A stretch of DNA of 64,000 nucleotides, taken from positions 132,468 through 196,467 of the forward strand of contig JAWAEV010000001.1 in the NCBI GenBank assembly GCA_038891095.1, given 5' to 3'. The translations under genes were made by a program, and so were the position numbers. Positions 48,003 through 56,923 of this stretch are shown here, in pieces. The notes under the pieces are model-generated. The model did not search any database, had not been told where the DNA came from, and was given only the letters and a program-made list of their open reading frames with translations. The stretch is from Candidatus Altiarchaeota archaeon (GTDB lineage: Archaea > Altiarchaeota > Altiarchaeia > IMC4 > QMZM01). Position 1 is the first letter of the stretch. Every line of letters starts with the position of its first letter.

Positions 48003-49172
48003 CTAAATTTTTCTTAATGCCTGCTCCAAATCAGCTATTAAATCATCTGAATTTTCTATCCCAACTGATAGTCTTATTAAGCCATCACTAATTCCTTTGG
48101 CCTCTCTCTCCTCTTTTGTTAGAGATGCATGAGTCATTGTCGCAGGATGCGTTATTAATGATTCAACACCACCTAAACTCTCTGCTAATGACCACAACTT
48201 TACTTCCTGCATAAGTTTTTTTCCTGCTTCTAAGCCACCATAAAGCTCAAATGAAATCATACCACCAAAACCAGACATCTGCTTTTTCGCTAATTCATAT
48301 TGTGGATGACTTTTAAGGCCAGGATAAATTACTTTTTTTACTTTATCATGTTTCTCTAAGTATTCAGCAATTTTCTTTCCATTTTCATTATGTTGTTTCA
48401 TTCTCAAAGCTAAGGTTTTTATTCCTCTAATGGTAAGCCATGAATCAAAAGGGCCTAGTAAAGGACCGGTGCTCATTTCTATAAATTTTAAATCTTCAAT
48501 AAGCTGTTTATCTTTTGAAATTATTGCCCCTGCAATTAAGTCATTATGACCTGCTAAATACTTTGTTAAGCTATGAACAACTGTATCTGCTCCGAGCTCT
48601 AATGGCTTTTGAAAATATGGCGTCATGAATGTATTATCTACAACTAAATGTAATTCATTATTATGCGCAATCCTAGAGATCTTTGATATGTCATAAATTT
48701 TTAATAATGGATTTGTTGGTGTTTCTATAAAAATCATTTTAGTGTTTTCTTTTATATTTTTTTCTATGTTCTGTAAATTAGTCATATCAATAAAACTGCT
48801 TTCTAAATTAAATTTTCTCAGGATCTTAGTTAATAGCCTATAAGTTCCTCCATAGATATCTTCACAGAAGATAACATGATCATTTGCTTTTAAGGTAAAC
48901 ATCAACGCAGTGATAGCAGCCATTCCAGAGCTAAATGCAACCGCACCATTACCACCTTCTAAAGCATTTAACTTGTTTTCAAGAATAACTCGTGTTGGAT
49001 GTGCCGTCCTTGAATAATCAAAACCTTCTTTTCTAATTTCTGTTCCTTTTAACTTTCCAACTTCATCCAAAACATAAGTTGCTGTTTGATATATTGGCGT
49101 GATGAGAGCTCCTGTTACTTTTTCTGGATTTTCTCCTGCCCTCACAACCTTAGTTTCAAATTTCATTTTCAT
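48003..49172 (-). CDS. Cystathionine gamma-lyase/synthase (trans-sulfuration PLP enzyme)
   Basis: PIYQT, YSRT, FSSGMAA, ETPTNP, DNTF, HSLTKYLAGH, SLGGVESL, RLSVGIE. Confidence 0.93.
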   Translation of the reverse strand: MKMKFETKVVRAGENPEKVTGALITPIYQTATYVLDEVGKLKGTEIRKEGFDYSRTAHPTRVILENKLNALEGGNGAVAFSSGMAAITALMFTLKANDHVIFCEDIYGGTYRLLTKILRKFNLESSFIDMTNLQNIEKNIKENTKMIFIETPTNPLLKIYDISKISRIAHNNELHLVVDNTFMTPYFQKPLELGADTVVHSLTKYLAGHNDLIAGAIISKDKQLIEDLKFIEMSTGPLLGPFDSWLTIRGIKTLALRMKQHNENGKKIAEYLEKHDKVKKVIYPGLKSHPQYELAKKQMSGFGGMISFELYGGLEAGKKLMQEVKLWSLAESLGGVESLITHPATMTHASLTKEEREAKGISDGLIRLSVGIENSDDLIADLEQALRKI

Positions 49173-49179
49173 TAAATTT

Positions 49180-50148
49180 TCATAGAAATTTATTTTGTTG
49201 CATCCAATCATCATCAAAAATTTTGCTTAGATAATTTCTACCGGTATCAGGGAATAATGTAACTATTATCGCATCCTCATCCAAATTTTCTGCGACTCTT
49301 AGAGCTGCAACCATCGCTGCTCCTGATGAACTCCCAACAAGTAATCCTTCTTCTCTTGCTAATCTTCTAGCCATGATCATAGATTCTTTATCTTCAACAA
49401 CAATTATCTCATCAATTATACCCATATCAATTGTCTTTGGAATGAAATCTTCGCCAATACCTTCAATTTTGTATTGATGAATTTCACCTTCGGTTTTATA
49501 AAATTTGTGATGAAAGATTGAACCTTCAGGATCAACGCCAATTATCTTTATATTTGGATTTTTTTTCTTTAGATATTTAGCAACACCAGTTATAGTTCCT
49601 CCTGTTCCCATCCCACAAACAAAATGAGTTACCTTACCGTCAGTATCGTTCCAGATTTCTGGTCCAGTTGTTTCGAAATGTGCTTTAGGATTATTCTCAT
49701 TATAATATTGATTTGGACAAAAGGAATTTTCTATTTCATTTGCTAATTTTTCAGCAACTTTATAATAACTTCTAGGATCTTCTGGTTTTACATCAGTTGG
49801 TGTTCTTATAACTTTAGCACCATAAGCTTTAAGCAAAAGCTCTTTTTCTTTACTCATCTTATCAGGCATTGTAAAAATCATTTTATAACCCTTTACAGCT
49901 GAAACTAATGCTAAACCAACACCAGTGTTACCAGATGTTGGCTCGATTATTGTAGCTTCTTTTTTAATCAGCCCTTTCCTTTCAGCATCTTCAATCATTT
50001 TAATTCCAATTCTATCTTTTACACTACCTCCAGGATTTAAAAATTCAAGTTTTGCAAGTATTTCTGGTTTTATACCTTTTGTGATATTGTTTATTCTAAC
50101 TAACGGTGTGTTTCCGATTAGATCAAGAATGTTATTAGCAACTTTCAT
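49180..50148 (-). CDS. Cystathionine beta-synthase / cysteine synthase family (catalytic core only)
   Basis: NPGGSVKDR, EPTSGNTG, MPDKMSKEK, NQY, GMGTGGT, EGIG, DTGRNYLSK. Confidence 0.92.
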   Translation of the reverse strand: MKVANNILDLIGNTPLVRINNITKGIKPEILAKLEFLNPGGSVKDRIGIKMIEDAERKGLIKKEATIIEPTSGNTGVGLALVSAVKGYKMIFTMPDKMSKEKELLLKAYGAKVIRTPTDVKPEDPRSYYKVAEKLANEIENSFCPNQYYNENNPKAHFETTGPEIWNDTDGKVTHFVCGMGTGGTITGVAKYLKKKNPNIKIIGVDPEGSIFHHKFYKTEGEIHQYKIEGIGEDFIPKTIDMGIIDEIIVVEDKESMIMARRLAREEGLLVGSSSGAAMVAALRVAENLDEDAIIVTLFPDTGRNYLSKIFDDDWMQQNKFL

Positions 50149-50154
50149 ATCATT

Positions 50155-50174
50155 AAATTAACAATTGTTAATTT
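50155..50174. promoter_or_regulatory. Perfect 20-bp palindrome AAATTAACAATTGTTAATTT (putative operator 1)
   Basis: Read directly; 6 bp upstream of the CBS start codon. Confidence 0.75.
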
Positions 50175-50207
50175 TTAAGTATTATATTATGTCGTTTCGC
50201 ATTTAAA

Positions 50208-50219
50208 TAACAATTGTTA
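50208..50219. promoter_or_regulatory. Perfect 12-bp palindrome TAACAATTGTTA (putative operator 2)
   Basis: Same core as operator 1; 11 bp upstream of the regulator ATG. Confidence 0.72.
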
Positions 50220-50230
50220 AGTTATTTACA

Positions 50231-50590
50231 ATGAAATTTCCATGTGAGATAAAACTTTGGTATGTTCTCCCAAGCATAAGGTCAGAACTGGCTAGAGAGC
50301 TTCTAAAGTTAGGACTAACGCAAAGAGAAATCTCGAAAAAATTAAATTTAACTGAAGCATCAATTTCTTATTACATCAGAGAGAGAAGGGGCTATGAAAT
50401 AAAATTTAGAGACAATATAAAAAAAGAAATTAAAAAATTGGCAAAAGATGTTATCGCTGGTATACCAACAACAGAAATAACCTCTCGTATTTGTGGGATA
50501 TGCAAATTAGCTGAAAGACAAAAAGCTGTTTGTGAAATTCATAAAAAAATTGAGAAAGTTCCTAAAAGATGTGATATTTGCTTAAGTTAA
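50231..50590 (+). CDS. HTH transcriptional regulator (COG2522-like) with Cys/His-rich C-terminus
   Basis: PCEI...VLPSIRSELAREL...LTQREISKKLNLTEASISYY...RG; CGIC, CEIH, CDIC. Confidence 0.85.
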   Translation: MKFPCEIKLWYVLPSIRSELARELLKLGLTQREISKKLNLTEASISYYIRERRGYEIKFRDNIKKEIKKLAKDVIAGIPTTEITSRICGICKLAERQKAVCEIHKKIEKVPKRCDICLS

Positions 50591-50699
50591 TTTATCTATC
50601 TTCAAGATTTTTCACCTATTTTCACACTTGTTTGTTTGAAAGCATTCAGAAATTAGAAGAAGATTTTATTTTTGTTATCAGTAAAAAATAAGAGAGGTC

Positions 50700-51113
50700 G
50701 TGCATATGATTAATGATAAAAAAATCAGAAAAATTTTAAATGAATCCAAAACGATAGCAGTAGTGGGCTGTTCAAGAGACCCAGAAAAAGATGCTCACAA
50801 AATTCCAAAATATTTGAAAGAAAGGGGCTACAAAATTATTCCTATAAATCCATTCGCTAAGGAAATTTTAGGAGAAAAATCTTATAAAACACTTTCTGAT
50901 ATTAAAGAACCTATCGATATTGTAAATATTTTCAGACCAAGTGAAGAATGTCTGCAAATTGTAAAAGAAGCCATTAAATTAAAACCTAAACCAAAAGTAA
51001 TTTGGATGCAACTTGGAATAAAAAATGAAGAAGCTAAAAAATTAGCTGAGAAAAATAAAATCAAAGTTATTATGGATAGATGCATTATGACTGAACACAA
51101 AAATTTAATTTAG
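50700..51113 (+). CDS. CoA-binding protein (YccU family)
   Basis: TIAVVGCS, IIPINP, DIVNIFRPS, IWMQLG, MDRC. Confidence 0.92.
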   Translation: MHMINDKKIRKILNESKTIAVVGCSRDPEKDAHKIPKYLKERGYKIIPINPFAKEILGEKSYKTLSDIKEPIDIVNIFRPSEECLQIVKEAIKLKPKPKVIWMQLGIKNEEAKKLAEKNKIKVIMDRCIMTEHKNLI

Positions 51114-51250
51114 ATAGCATGTTTTATTATCTCTAAATTGCAAGAGTTATGTTTCTTACACCATTCTTCGCATTTTTTTGCAAAATTTTTTTCTTTATAA
51201 AATAATTTACATTCCTCGCATTGCCACAAGCCATTAACTTTTTTAACCAT
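51110..51250 (-). CDS. 46-aa Cys/His-rich putative zinc-binding microprotein
   Basis: Hand translation MVKKVNGLWQCEECKLFYKEKNFAKKCEEWCKKHNSCNLEIIKHAI*; ATG 3 nt after the ThiI-like stop. Confidence 0.7.
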   Translation of the reverse strand: MVKKVNGLWQCEECKLFYKEKNFAKKCEEWCKKHNSCNLEIIKHAI

Positions 51251-51253
51251 TTT

Positions 51254-52264
51254 TTATATCCTAAATTTTTCTATTTCTGAATTTTTCATTGGCTTTACTT
51301 CTATTTTTTTATCCATTTTATCTCTTCCGTATCTCACTAAAACTTCTTTTTCATTTTTTGCATCAGAGTAATGCGCTGTTATTTTGGCAGCAATTTCTAC
51401 AGCTTTTTTTGTTTTTTTACCTTGCAACAGAGTTATCGGACTTCCAAAATTTGGAACCTCGAAGCAATAATCTTTAGCTTCTTTCATATTTAGCAATTTT
51501 TCATTCTCTTCTTTATTTCTGCCAACTATAATTTTGTTATTTTCAAAACGGAAGTGCCTACCAATTTTCAACAAATTTATGTCTCTTAAAGAAATTTTCT
51601 TCTTATGATTGAAAAGGTCCCTAAGCTTATTTGAAAATTCTTTATAAGTTAGCAAACATCCTCCTGATGGGCAGGGATAATCTATCTGAAATTTATTTGC
51701 TAATTCCATTTGTTTTTTTCTTGACCTTCCATGTATGCTTAGTAATTTTTCTCTATCAACCAAACCTTTTATCTCTGCTTCAGTTTTTGGCAATAACTTA
51801 GCTGATAATGGCCTTAGAATTTTTCCTTCGAGCTTAGATTCCTTTTCAATAATTTTAAAAGCTCTCATATGTTGAGACATTGGTCTTTCTCCAAGAACTT
51901 CACCAGTAAAGATGAAATCTGCTTTTATTTCTCTTGCAATTTTTTTAGCTTTTTTGAATATATATATGCGACAATCAATGCACGGATTCATATGTCTACC
52001 ATAACCATATTTTGGTTTTCTTATTAGCCTAAGGTAATCTTCACCTTTACTTACAACCTTTATAGGAATGCCAAATTTCTTTGCTGTAGTAATTGCATTG
52101 CAGCCATGAGAACCACATAAGCAGAAAGGCGAAGTAAAATTCAAAGCAACAACATCTATTCCTTGATCTAAAATTAACTTTACTGCTAAACTTGAATCTA
52201 AACCGCCTGATAACAATGCTAATGCTTTAATTTTTTTATTATTCTTACTTTTGTTATTGCTCAT
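51254..52264 (-). CDS. ThiI/MnmA-like PP-loop tRNA thiolation protein with C-terminal NFACT-R-like domain
   Basis: ALLSGGLDS, NPCIDCR, TGEVLGERPMSQ, PSGGCLLT, GRHFR, IVGRNKEEN. Confidence 0.85.
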   Translation of the reverse strand: MSNNKSKNNKKIKALALLSGGLDSSLAVKLILDQGIDVVALNFTSPFCLCGSHGCNAITTAKKFGIPIKVVSKGEDYLRLIRKPKYGYGRHMNPCIDCRIYIFKKAKKIAREIKADFIFTGEVLGERPMSQHMRAFKIIEKESKLEGKILRPLSAKLLPKTEAEIKGLVDREKLLSIHGRSRKKQMELANKFQIDYPCPSGGCLLTYKEFSNKLRDLFNHKKKISLRDINLLKIGRHFRFENNKIIVGRNKEENEKLLNMKEAKDYCFEVPNFGSPITLLQGKKTKKAVEIAAKITAHYSDAKNEKEVLVRYGRDKMDKKIEVKPMKNSEIEKFRI

Positions 52265-53199
52265 GGTATCATCAATAATAACATTGATAGCATTAATGTT
52301 AAAAAAGTTCCTATAAAAAGATAAGCAATCGTGGCTTTCTTTCCAATTCTTTTCCATACAACAAGGATTTCTGTTAGGTCAGTTGCTACTCCAGCCATAG
52401 TCATCACAAAGACTACACTCAAAGTTGCTCCCATATAATAAAGTTGTCCTGCTATTATTGCAAAACCCTCTGAGCATGCTTCTATTATCACAGCAAAAGG
52501 TAAAGCAATAAAAATTGCCATAACTCCTCTTTCTTTTCCAAGATAGCTATAGACAATTTCAGTTGGGACAAAGGCTTTTAAGAATGCTGCTAAAAATAAG
52601 CCTATTACTATGTATTTTCCAATATCAAAAAAAATTTCTTTCATGTTTTTTGGAATACAAATGAAAATTCTCTTAAGTATTGATTCCTGTTTATGTTCTT
52701 CTTCCTTTTCTTTCTCGCATTCAAGACATTTTTCTTTTTCATTATCTTTATGCATCGAGTTAAATTTTTGTTCTATGATATCTCTATTCTCTAACTCCGC
52801 TAAGATTAAGCCAGATAAAAAAGCTGTGGATAAAGCTAAAATCATCAAAATTATTGTGTTAAAAAAACCAATGAATCCAAAAAAGATAAAAATCATTGGC
52901 AAACCAGCCCATGGAGAAGCTAAAAGAAAAGTTAAAATTGTTGCTGTTGAAGCTCCTTTTTTCCTGAAAATTACAGCTAATGGAATTGCTCCACAAGAAC
53001 ATGAGCTAACAAGAAAACCTGCAAATGTTGCTCTTAATAAAGAGGAGATGTCATTTTTTCCAAAGTATCTCAATAATCTTTCAGTTGAAACAAATTCTTG
53101 GATTATTGCAGCTAATAAAAAACCTAAAAACATGTAAGTAAATAAATCCTTAAATAAATCCAATAATGCTTCCAAATACTGGAATATCAGTTCAATCAT
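52261..53199 (-). CDS. ArsP/DUF318-type permease
   Basis: SCSCGAIP, FLLASP, ACSEG; two hydrophobic halves with a charged His/Cys linker. Confidence 0.85.
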   Translation of the reverse strand: MIELIFQYLEALLDLFKDLFTYMFLGFLLAAIIQEFVSTERLLRYFGKNDISSLLRATFAGFLVSSCSCGAIPLAVIFRKKGASTATILTFLLASPWAGLPMIFIFFGFIGFFNTIILMILALSTAFLSGLILAELENRDIIEQKFNSMHKDNEKEKCLECEKEKEEEHKQESILKRIFICIPKNMKEIFFDIGKYIVIGLFLAAFLKAFVPTEIVYSYLGKERGVMAIFIALPFAVIIEACSEGFAIIAGQLYYMGATLSVVFVMTMAGVATDLTEILVVWKRIGKKATIAYLFIGTFLTLMLSMLLLMIP

Positions 53200-53208
53200 T
53201 TTTCCTAC

Positions 53209-53892
53209 TCACACTTGTTGATTAGTAATTTTTCCATCCTTAATATAATAAATCTTGTGTGCATGATTTGCAACTTCTATGTCATGAGTAACTATAACAA
53301 TTGTTTTACCATTATCGTTTAGTTTTTTTATATAGATGAGAAGCTCATGTCTTGATGCTGAATCTAAGTTTCCAGTAGGTTCGTCCATAAGTATTATCTC
53401 TGGGTCATTTGCCAATGCTCTAGCAATCGCAACTCTTTGTTGCTGGCCTCCACTTAATTCTGATGGTTTTGCATCTTTTTTATCCTCAAGCCCCATAAGT
53501 TTTAATAATTCCATTGCTCGTTTTTCCTGTTCATTTTCAGGAAGTCCAAGAAACATCATTGGGACTTCAATGTTCTCTCTTGCTGTAAGAGTTGGTATTA
53601 GATTGAAAAACTGAAAAACAAAACCAATCTTCTTACATCTAAAATCCGTAAGTTCATTCTCTCCCAATTCACTTAAGTCAACATTATCTATGATTATGCT
53701 CCCATTTGTCGCTCTGTCAAGCCCACCAATTAGATGCATAAGTGTACTTTTTCCATGTCCAGATGGTCCAACAATCGCTATGAATTCTCCCTTTCTAATT
53801 TCAAGATTTATGCCCCTTAATGCTTTTGTCTTTATTTTATCACCATAAGTTTTACTTATGTCCTTGATTTTAACTATAGTACTCTTACTCAT
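53209..53892 (-). CDS. ABC transporter ATP-binding protein (LolD/MacB type)
   Basis: [36 protein letters not shown]. Confidence 0.95.
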   Translation of the reverse strand: MSKSTIVKIKDISKTYGDKIKTKALRGINLEIRKGEFIAIVGPSGHGKSTLMHLIGGLDRATNGSIIIDNVDLSELGENELTDFRCKKIGFVFQFFNLIPTLTARENIEVPMMFLGLPENEQEKRAMELLKLMGLEDKKDAKPSELSGGQQQRVAIARALANDPEIILMDEPTGNLDSASRHELLIYIKKLNDNGKTIVIVTHDIEVANHAHKIYYIKDGKITNQQV

Positions 53893-55051
53893 ATCTCATC
53901 GCCTCTAAAGGTGTTAATTTAGATGCTCGCCATGCTGGATAAAGTCCTGAAATAATGGAGATGGATAATGAAAAAAATAATGTTATGACAAATATAGTTG
54001 GGTCAAATACATTACTTGATTGAGAGGAGGAGCCAACAAATGCCATAAATTCATTAGAGCTCATGTATGGTGCAGAAATGTATGTTGCCAAAAATCCAAT
54101 AACTGCTCCTAAAATACCTCCAGCTAAGCCTAAGACAACTGCTTCCAGAACAAAAATTTTAAAAATAGAAAAATTTCTCCCGCCAACAGATTTAAGTATC
54201 CCGATTTCTCTTTTTCTTTCATATACGGCAGTCATCATTGTGTTCATTATCCCAAAACAGGCAGTTAGAATTGCAACAGTTGCTATAATCTGCATAGAAT
54301 TTTTTACTGTAGAAACTATACTCAAAACCGATGCTACAAGTTGTTTGTCTGATGTTACATCAACATTAGCGACATCTTTTATTTTGGTTGAGTAGTAATC
54401 CAATTTTGATACATCATCTACTTTAACAGCAATGAAAGAAACTTTATCTTTTATTTCATATACTTCCTGCGCTATTTTAAGTGGAATGAACACAGAGACA
54501 TCATCTTTTGTTCCTGTTTCTGTTAAAATTCCCTTAATTCTAAATACTTTACCGCGTATTTTTATTTCATCCCCAACATTAAGCTCAAACTTATCGGCTA
54601 TACTAACACCTATCAATGCCACAAAAGTGTCGTTATCTTTCAGATAATTTCCTTCACCTACTTTCCACCCCTTAAAAAAATTCATTTGGCTTGGAATAAT
54701 TCCGATAACTGTAACAGGATTATTTTTTATTGCCATTGCTTCTGTCAGAAAAGGAGCTATAACAATTCCTTCAATTTTTGATATTTTTTCAACATCAGAA
54801 TTATCTATCTGTTCTGGAACTGACTCTCCTAACAAAACAGAAATTTGCTCATAGGCACACCATCCCTTTGGAGTGACAATCAAATTTGCACCTATGCTTC
54901 CTGCTTGTTTGTTTATCTCCTGCTCCAATCCGCCACTTATGGAGAGAAGTGCAACTAAAGAAGCTATTCCAACTACAATTCCAAGTAATGTAAATACAAA
55001 TCTGCTCCTCCTCCTAATCATATTTCTTAGAACTAGCTTGTAAATATTCAT
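53885..55051 (-). CDS. ABC transporter permease (MacB/FtsX type)
   Basis: RSRFVFTLLGIVVG, ERKREIGILKSVG, YPAWRASKLTPLEAMRYE. Confidence 0.93.
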   Translation of the reverse strand: MNIYKLVLRNMIRRRSRFVFTLLGIVVGIASLVALLSISGGLEQEINKQAGSIGANLIVTPKGWCAYEQISVLLGESVPEQIDNSDVEKISKIEGIVIAPFLTEAMAIKNNPVTVIGIIPSQMNFFKGWKVGEGNYLKDNDTFVALIGVSIADKFELNVGDEIKIRGKVFRIKGILTETGTKDDVSVFIPLKIAQEVYEIKDKVSFIAVKVDDVSKLDYYSTKIKDVANVDVTSDKQLVASVLSIVSTVKNSMQIIATVAILTACFGIMNTMMTAVYERKREIGILKSVGGRNFSIFKIFVLEAVVLGLAGGILGAVIGFLATYISAPYMSSNEFMAFVGSSSQSSNVFDPTIFVITLFFSLSISIISGLYPAWRASKLTPLEAMRYE

Positions 55052-55512
55052 ATTTTTTTAACCTCTTTTGCTTTGAATAAAACGTATTCCCCAGATGTTC
55101 CAGAAACTTCTCCAATAACAAGGACTTTATCCCTCATTTTTGGTAGTTCTCCAGAATATGATACCTGTACATGATTAATAGCACAAGTAACCTTACCACA
55201 AAGTTCATATTCTCTCAAATCTATTATAATAAAACTTGATTCTGAAGGATAAACAAAAGAGACCGCTCCTCTAACAGCAATCGTGCCTTCGTAAGCTTCA
55301 GGGTCCTTTGCAAGATTATCCACATCAATAGTAATAATAGGGCTATATGTTTTTTCTTTAAGATTTGTTGTGCCATTCTCTTGGTAAGGAATTTTATCCT
55401 CGGTTTGTTCTTTGTTTGTTTTTTCTTGCTGAACACATCCACTTATAAGAATAATCCCCATTATTGCTACAACTCCTACTCTTAAAACAAATTTTCTTAT
55501 ATTTATGTTCAC
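55048..55512 (-). CDS. Lipoprotein with putative OB-fold
   Basis: Lipobox ISGC; VDNLAKDPEAY...VRGAV...LPKMRDKVLVIG; CxxxxC. Confidence 0.65.
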   Translation of the reverse strand: MNINIRKFVLRVGVVAIMGIILISGCVQQEKTNKEQTEDKIPYQENGTTNLKEKTYSPIITIDVDNLAKDPEAYEGTIAVRGAVSFVYPSESSFIIIDLREYELCGKVTCAINHVQVSYSGELPKMRDKVLVIGEVSGTSGEYVLFKAKEVKKI

Positions 55513-55856
55513 TTTCCTTCTATTGTCTTCTTACACTCACTTAAGAGGTTTAATATATGACTATTATTTAAGGAGTAGTATCTATTTCTACCTTCTTTTT
55601 TAACTTTAACTAAGTTAAGATGTCTTAATGCTCTCAATTGATGAGAAATTAAAGATTGAGATTTTCCTAATGCCAATACAATTTCACAGATGCACAATTC
55701 ACCATGTGATAAAGCATTGAGTATCTCTATCCTTGTTGGATCTCCTAAAACACTAAAGAGTTCGGACATCTTCAGCACTTTATTTAGATTTATCTTTTTT
55801 GATTTTGCAATTTTAACTTTTTTTAAATTAGCGGTTTCTGGTTGGCATATCATCAT
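55509..55856 (-). CDS. ArsR/SmtB metalloregulator
   Basis: FSVLGDPTRIEIL, ELCICEI, SQSLISHQLRALR, EGRNRYY. Confidence 0.93.
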   Translation of the reverse strand: MMICQPETANLKKVKIAKSKKINLNKVLKMSELFSVLGDPTRIEILNALSHGELCICEIVLALGKSQSLISHQLRALRHLNLVKVKKEGRNRYYSLNNSHILNLLSECKKTIEGK

Positions 55857-55886
55857 TTTTCTTAATCATACCTATATAAACTATAA

Positions 55887-55906
55887 ATATGAATGCTCAT
55901 TCATAT
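55887..55906. promoter_or_regulatory. ArsR/SmtB-type operator, 9-2-9 inverted repeat ATATGAATG-CT-CATTCATAT
   Basis: Read directly; 30 bp upstream of the ArsR start; resembles SmtB/CzrA TGAA-n-TTCA boxes. Confidence 0.75.
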
Positions 55907-55978
55907 ATTCATTTAGTATTCAAGTATAAAAATCAGTAGAGAATATCCCTCATTTTCTCCTTAACATGCTTTAGACAC

Positions 55979-56215
55979 TCAAATCCAAATGCCGAAAATA
56001 TAAGCTAATATAGCCAAAGTTATGTGAACAATTCCTGTGATTAATGTTAACCAAGCAAAAGGATTATGAAGTTGGCATATTAACTTAGAACTATTTATTT
56101 TGCAAGTTTTTGCCCATGGCATGCTATAACAGGTAGCATAATTCAATACGAAAAATACCCCAGTAACCACACCTGACCAAAATACAGTTGTTTGTCCTAA
56201 TAATATAATTGCCAT
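55979..56215 (-). CDS. Small two-TM membrane protein with H-x13-H motif
   Basis: HNPFAWLTLITGIVH in TM2; three Cys. Confidence 0.65.
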   Translation of the reverse strand: MAIILLGQTTVFWSGVVTGVFFVLNYATCYSMPWAKTCKINSSKLICQLHNPFAWLTLITGIVHITLAILAYIFGIWI

Positions 56216-56218
56216 TTC

Positions 56219-56866
56219 CTAACACAACTCTTTTAAAAAATATTTTTTCAACAGACGCTCAGCATCTTTATTATGCGCACCTTCATTGATAGTTTTTGCA
56301 TCGTAAATTTCTCCACAATAATGCTTTCCTTCATGACCACTTAACGACCATTTTTTAGCATCTGTTAGATCATATACATTGTTATTAAAAACAATCAAGC
56401 ATCTATCTGCTGAATTTTTGACCTCATTTAAGCTGATACAATCTTTTTTAACACATGAATTATTTTTGCATTCATAACTTTCTGGACAGTTAACATCAAT
56501 ACAACAATTTTGACTCGTTTCTCCAATATCAATCTTACCATTGCCGCAGTAAGCATTTATTTTTTGTTCGGGTATCGTGGTTATTTGCTCAGAAGTAGTT
56601 GTAAGAGTTATTGTTTTTTGCTCTTGAATTGTTGAGGTTGTCTTTTTTTGTTCAGTTGTAGAGATGTTTGTTTTTATATTCTGGTTTTTGACATTTCCAA
56701 TATTTTTTGGATTATTCGTTTTATTTTGAATTTGGATTATTTTAGCACTATGGTCAGTTGAGTCTTTAATAAATGTCTTGTAGGAGCTATTGATCATCAG
56801 TACAGTGAACGCTGTCAAGCCTGAAATTAATAAAATTATTGTTATGTATCTCCACATATTTATCAC
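56219..56866 (-). CDS. Membrane-anchored protein with Thr-rich linker, Cys-rich module and cytochrome b5-like domain
   Basis: ISLNEV...CLIVFNNNVYDLT...W...GHEGKH...GAH...LLKKY. Confidence 0.75.
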   Translation of the reverse strand: MINMWRYITIILLISGLTAFTVLMINSSYKTFIKDSTDHSAKIIQIQNKTNNPKNIGNVKNQNIKTNISTTEQKKTTSTIQEQKTITLTTTSEQITTIPEQKINAYCGNGKIDIGETSQNCCIDVNCPESYECKNNSCVKKDCISLNEVKNSADRCLIVFNNNVYDLTDAKKWSLSGHEGKHYCGEIYDAKTINEGAHNKDAERLLKKYFLKELC

Positions 56867-56923
56867 TCCCTAAAGAGTATTGCACTATTATTAAAAAAGA
56901 ATTTACAAAAAAGATAAATTTTG

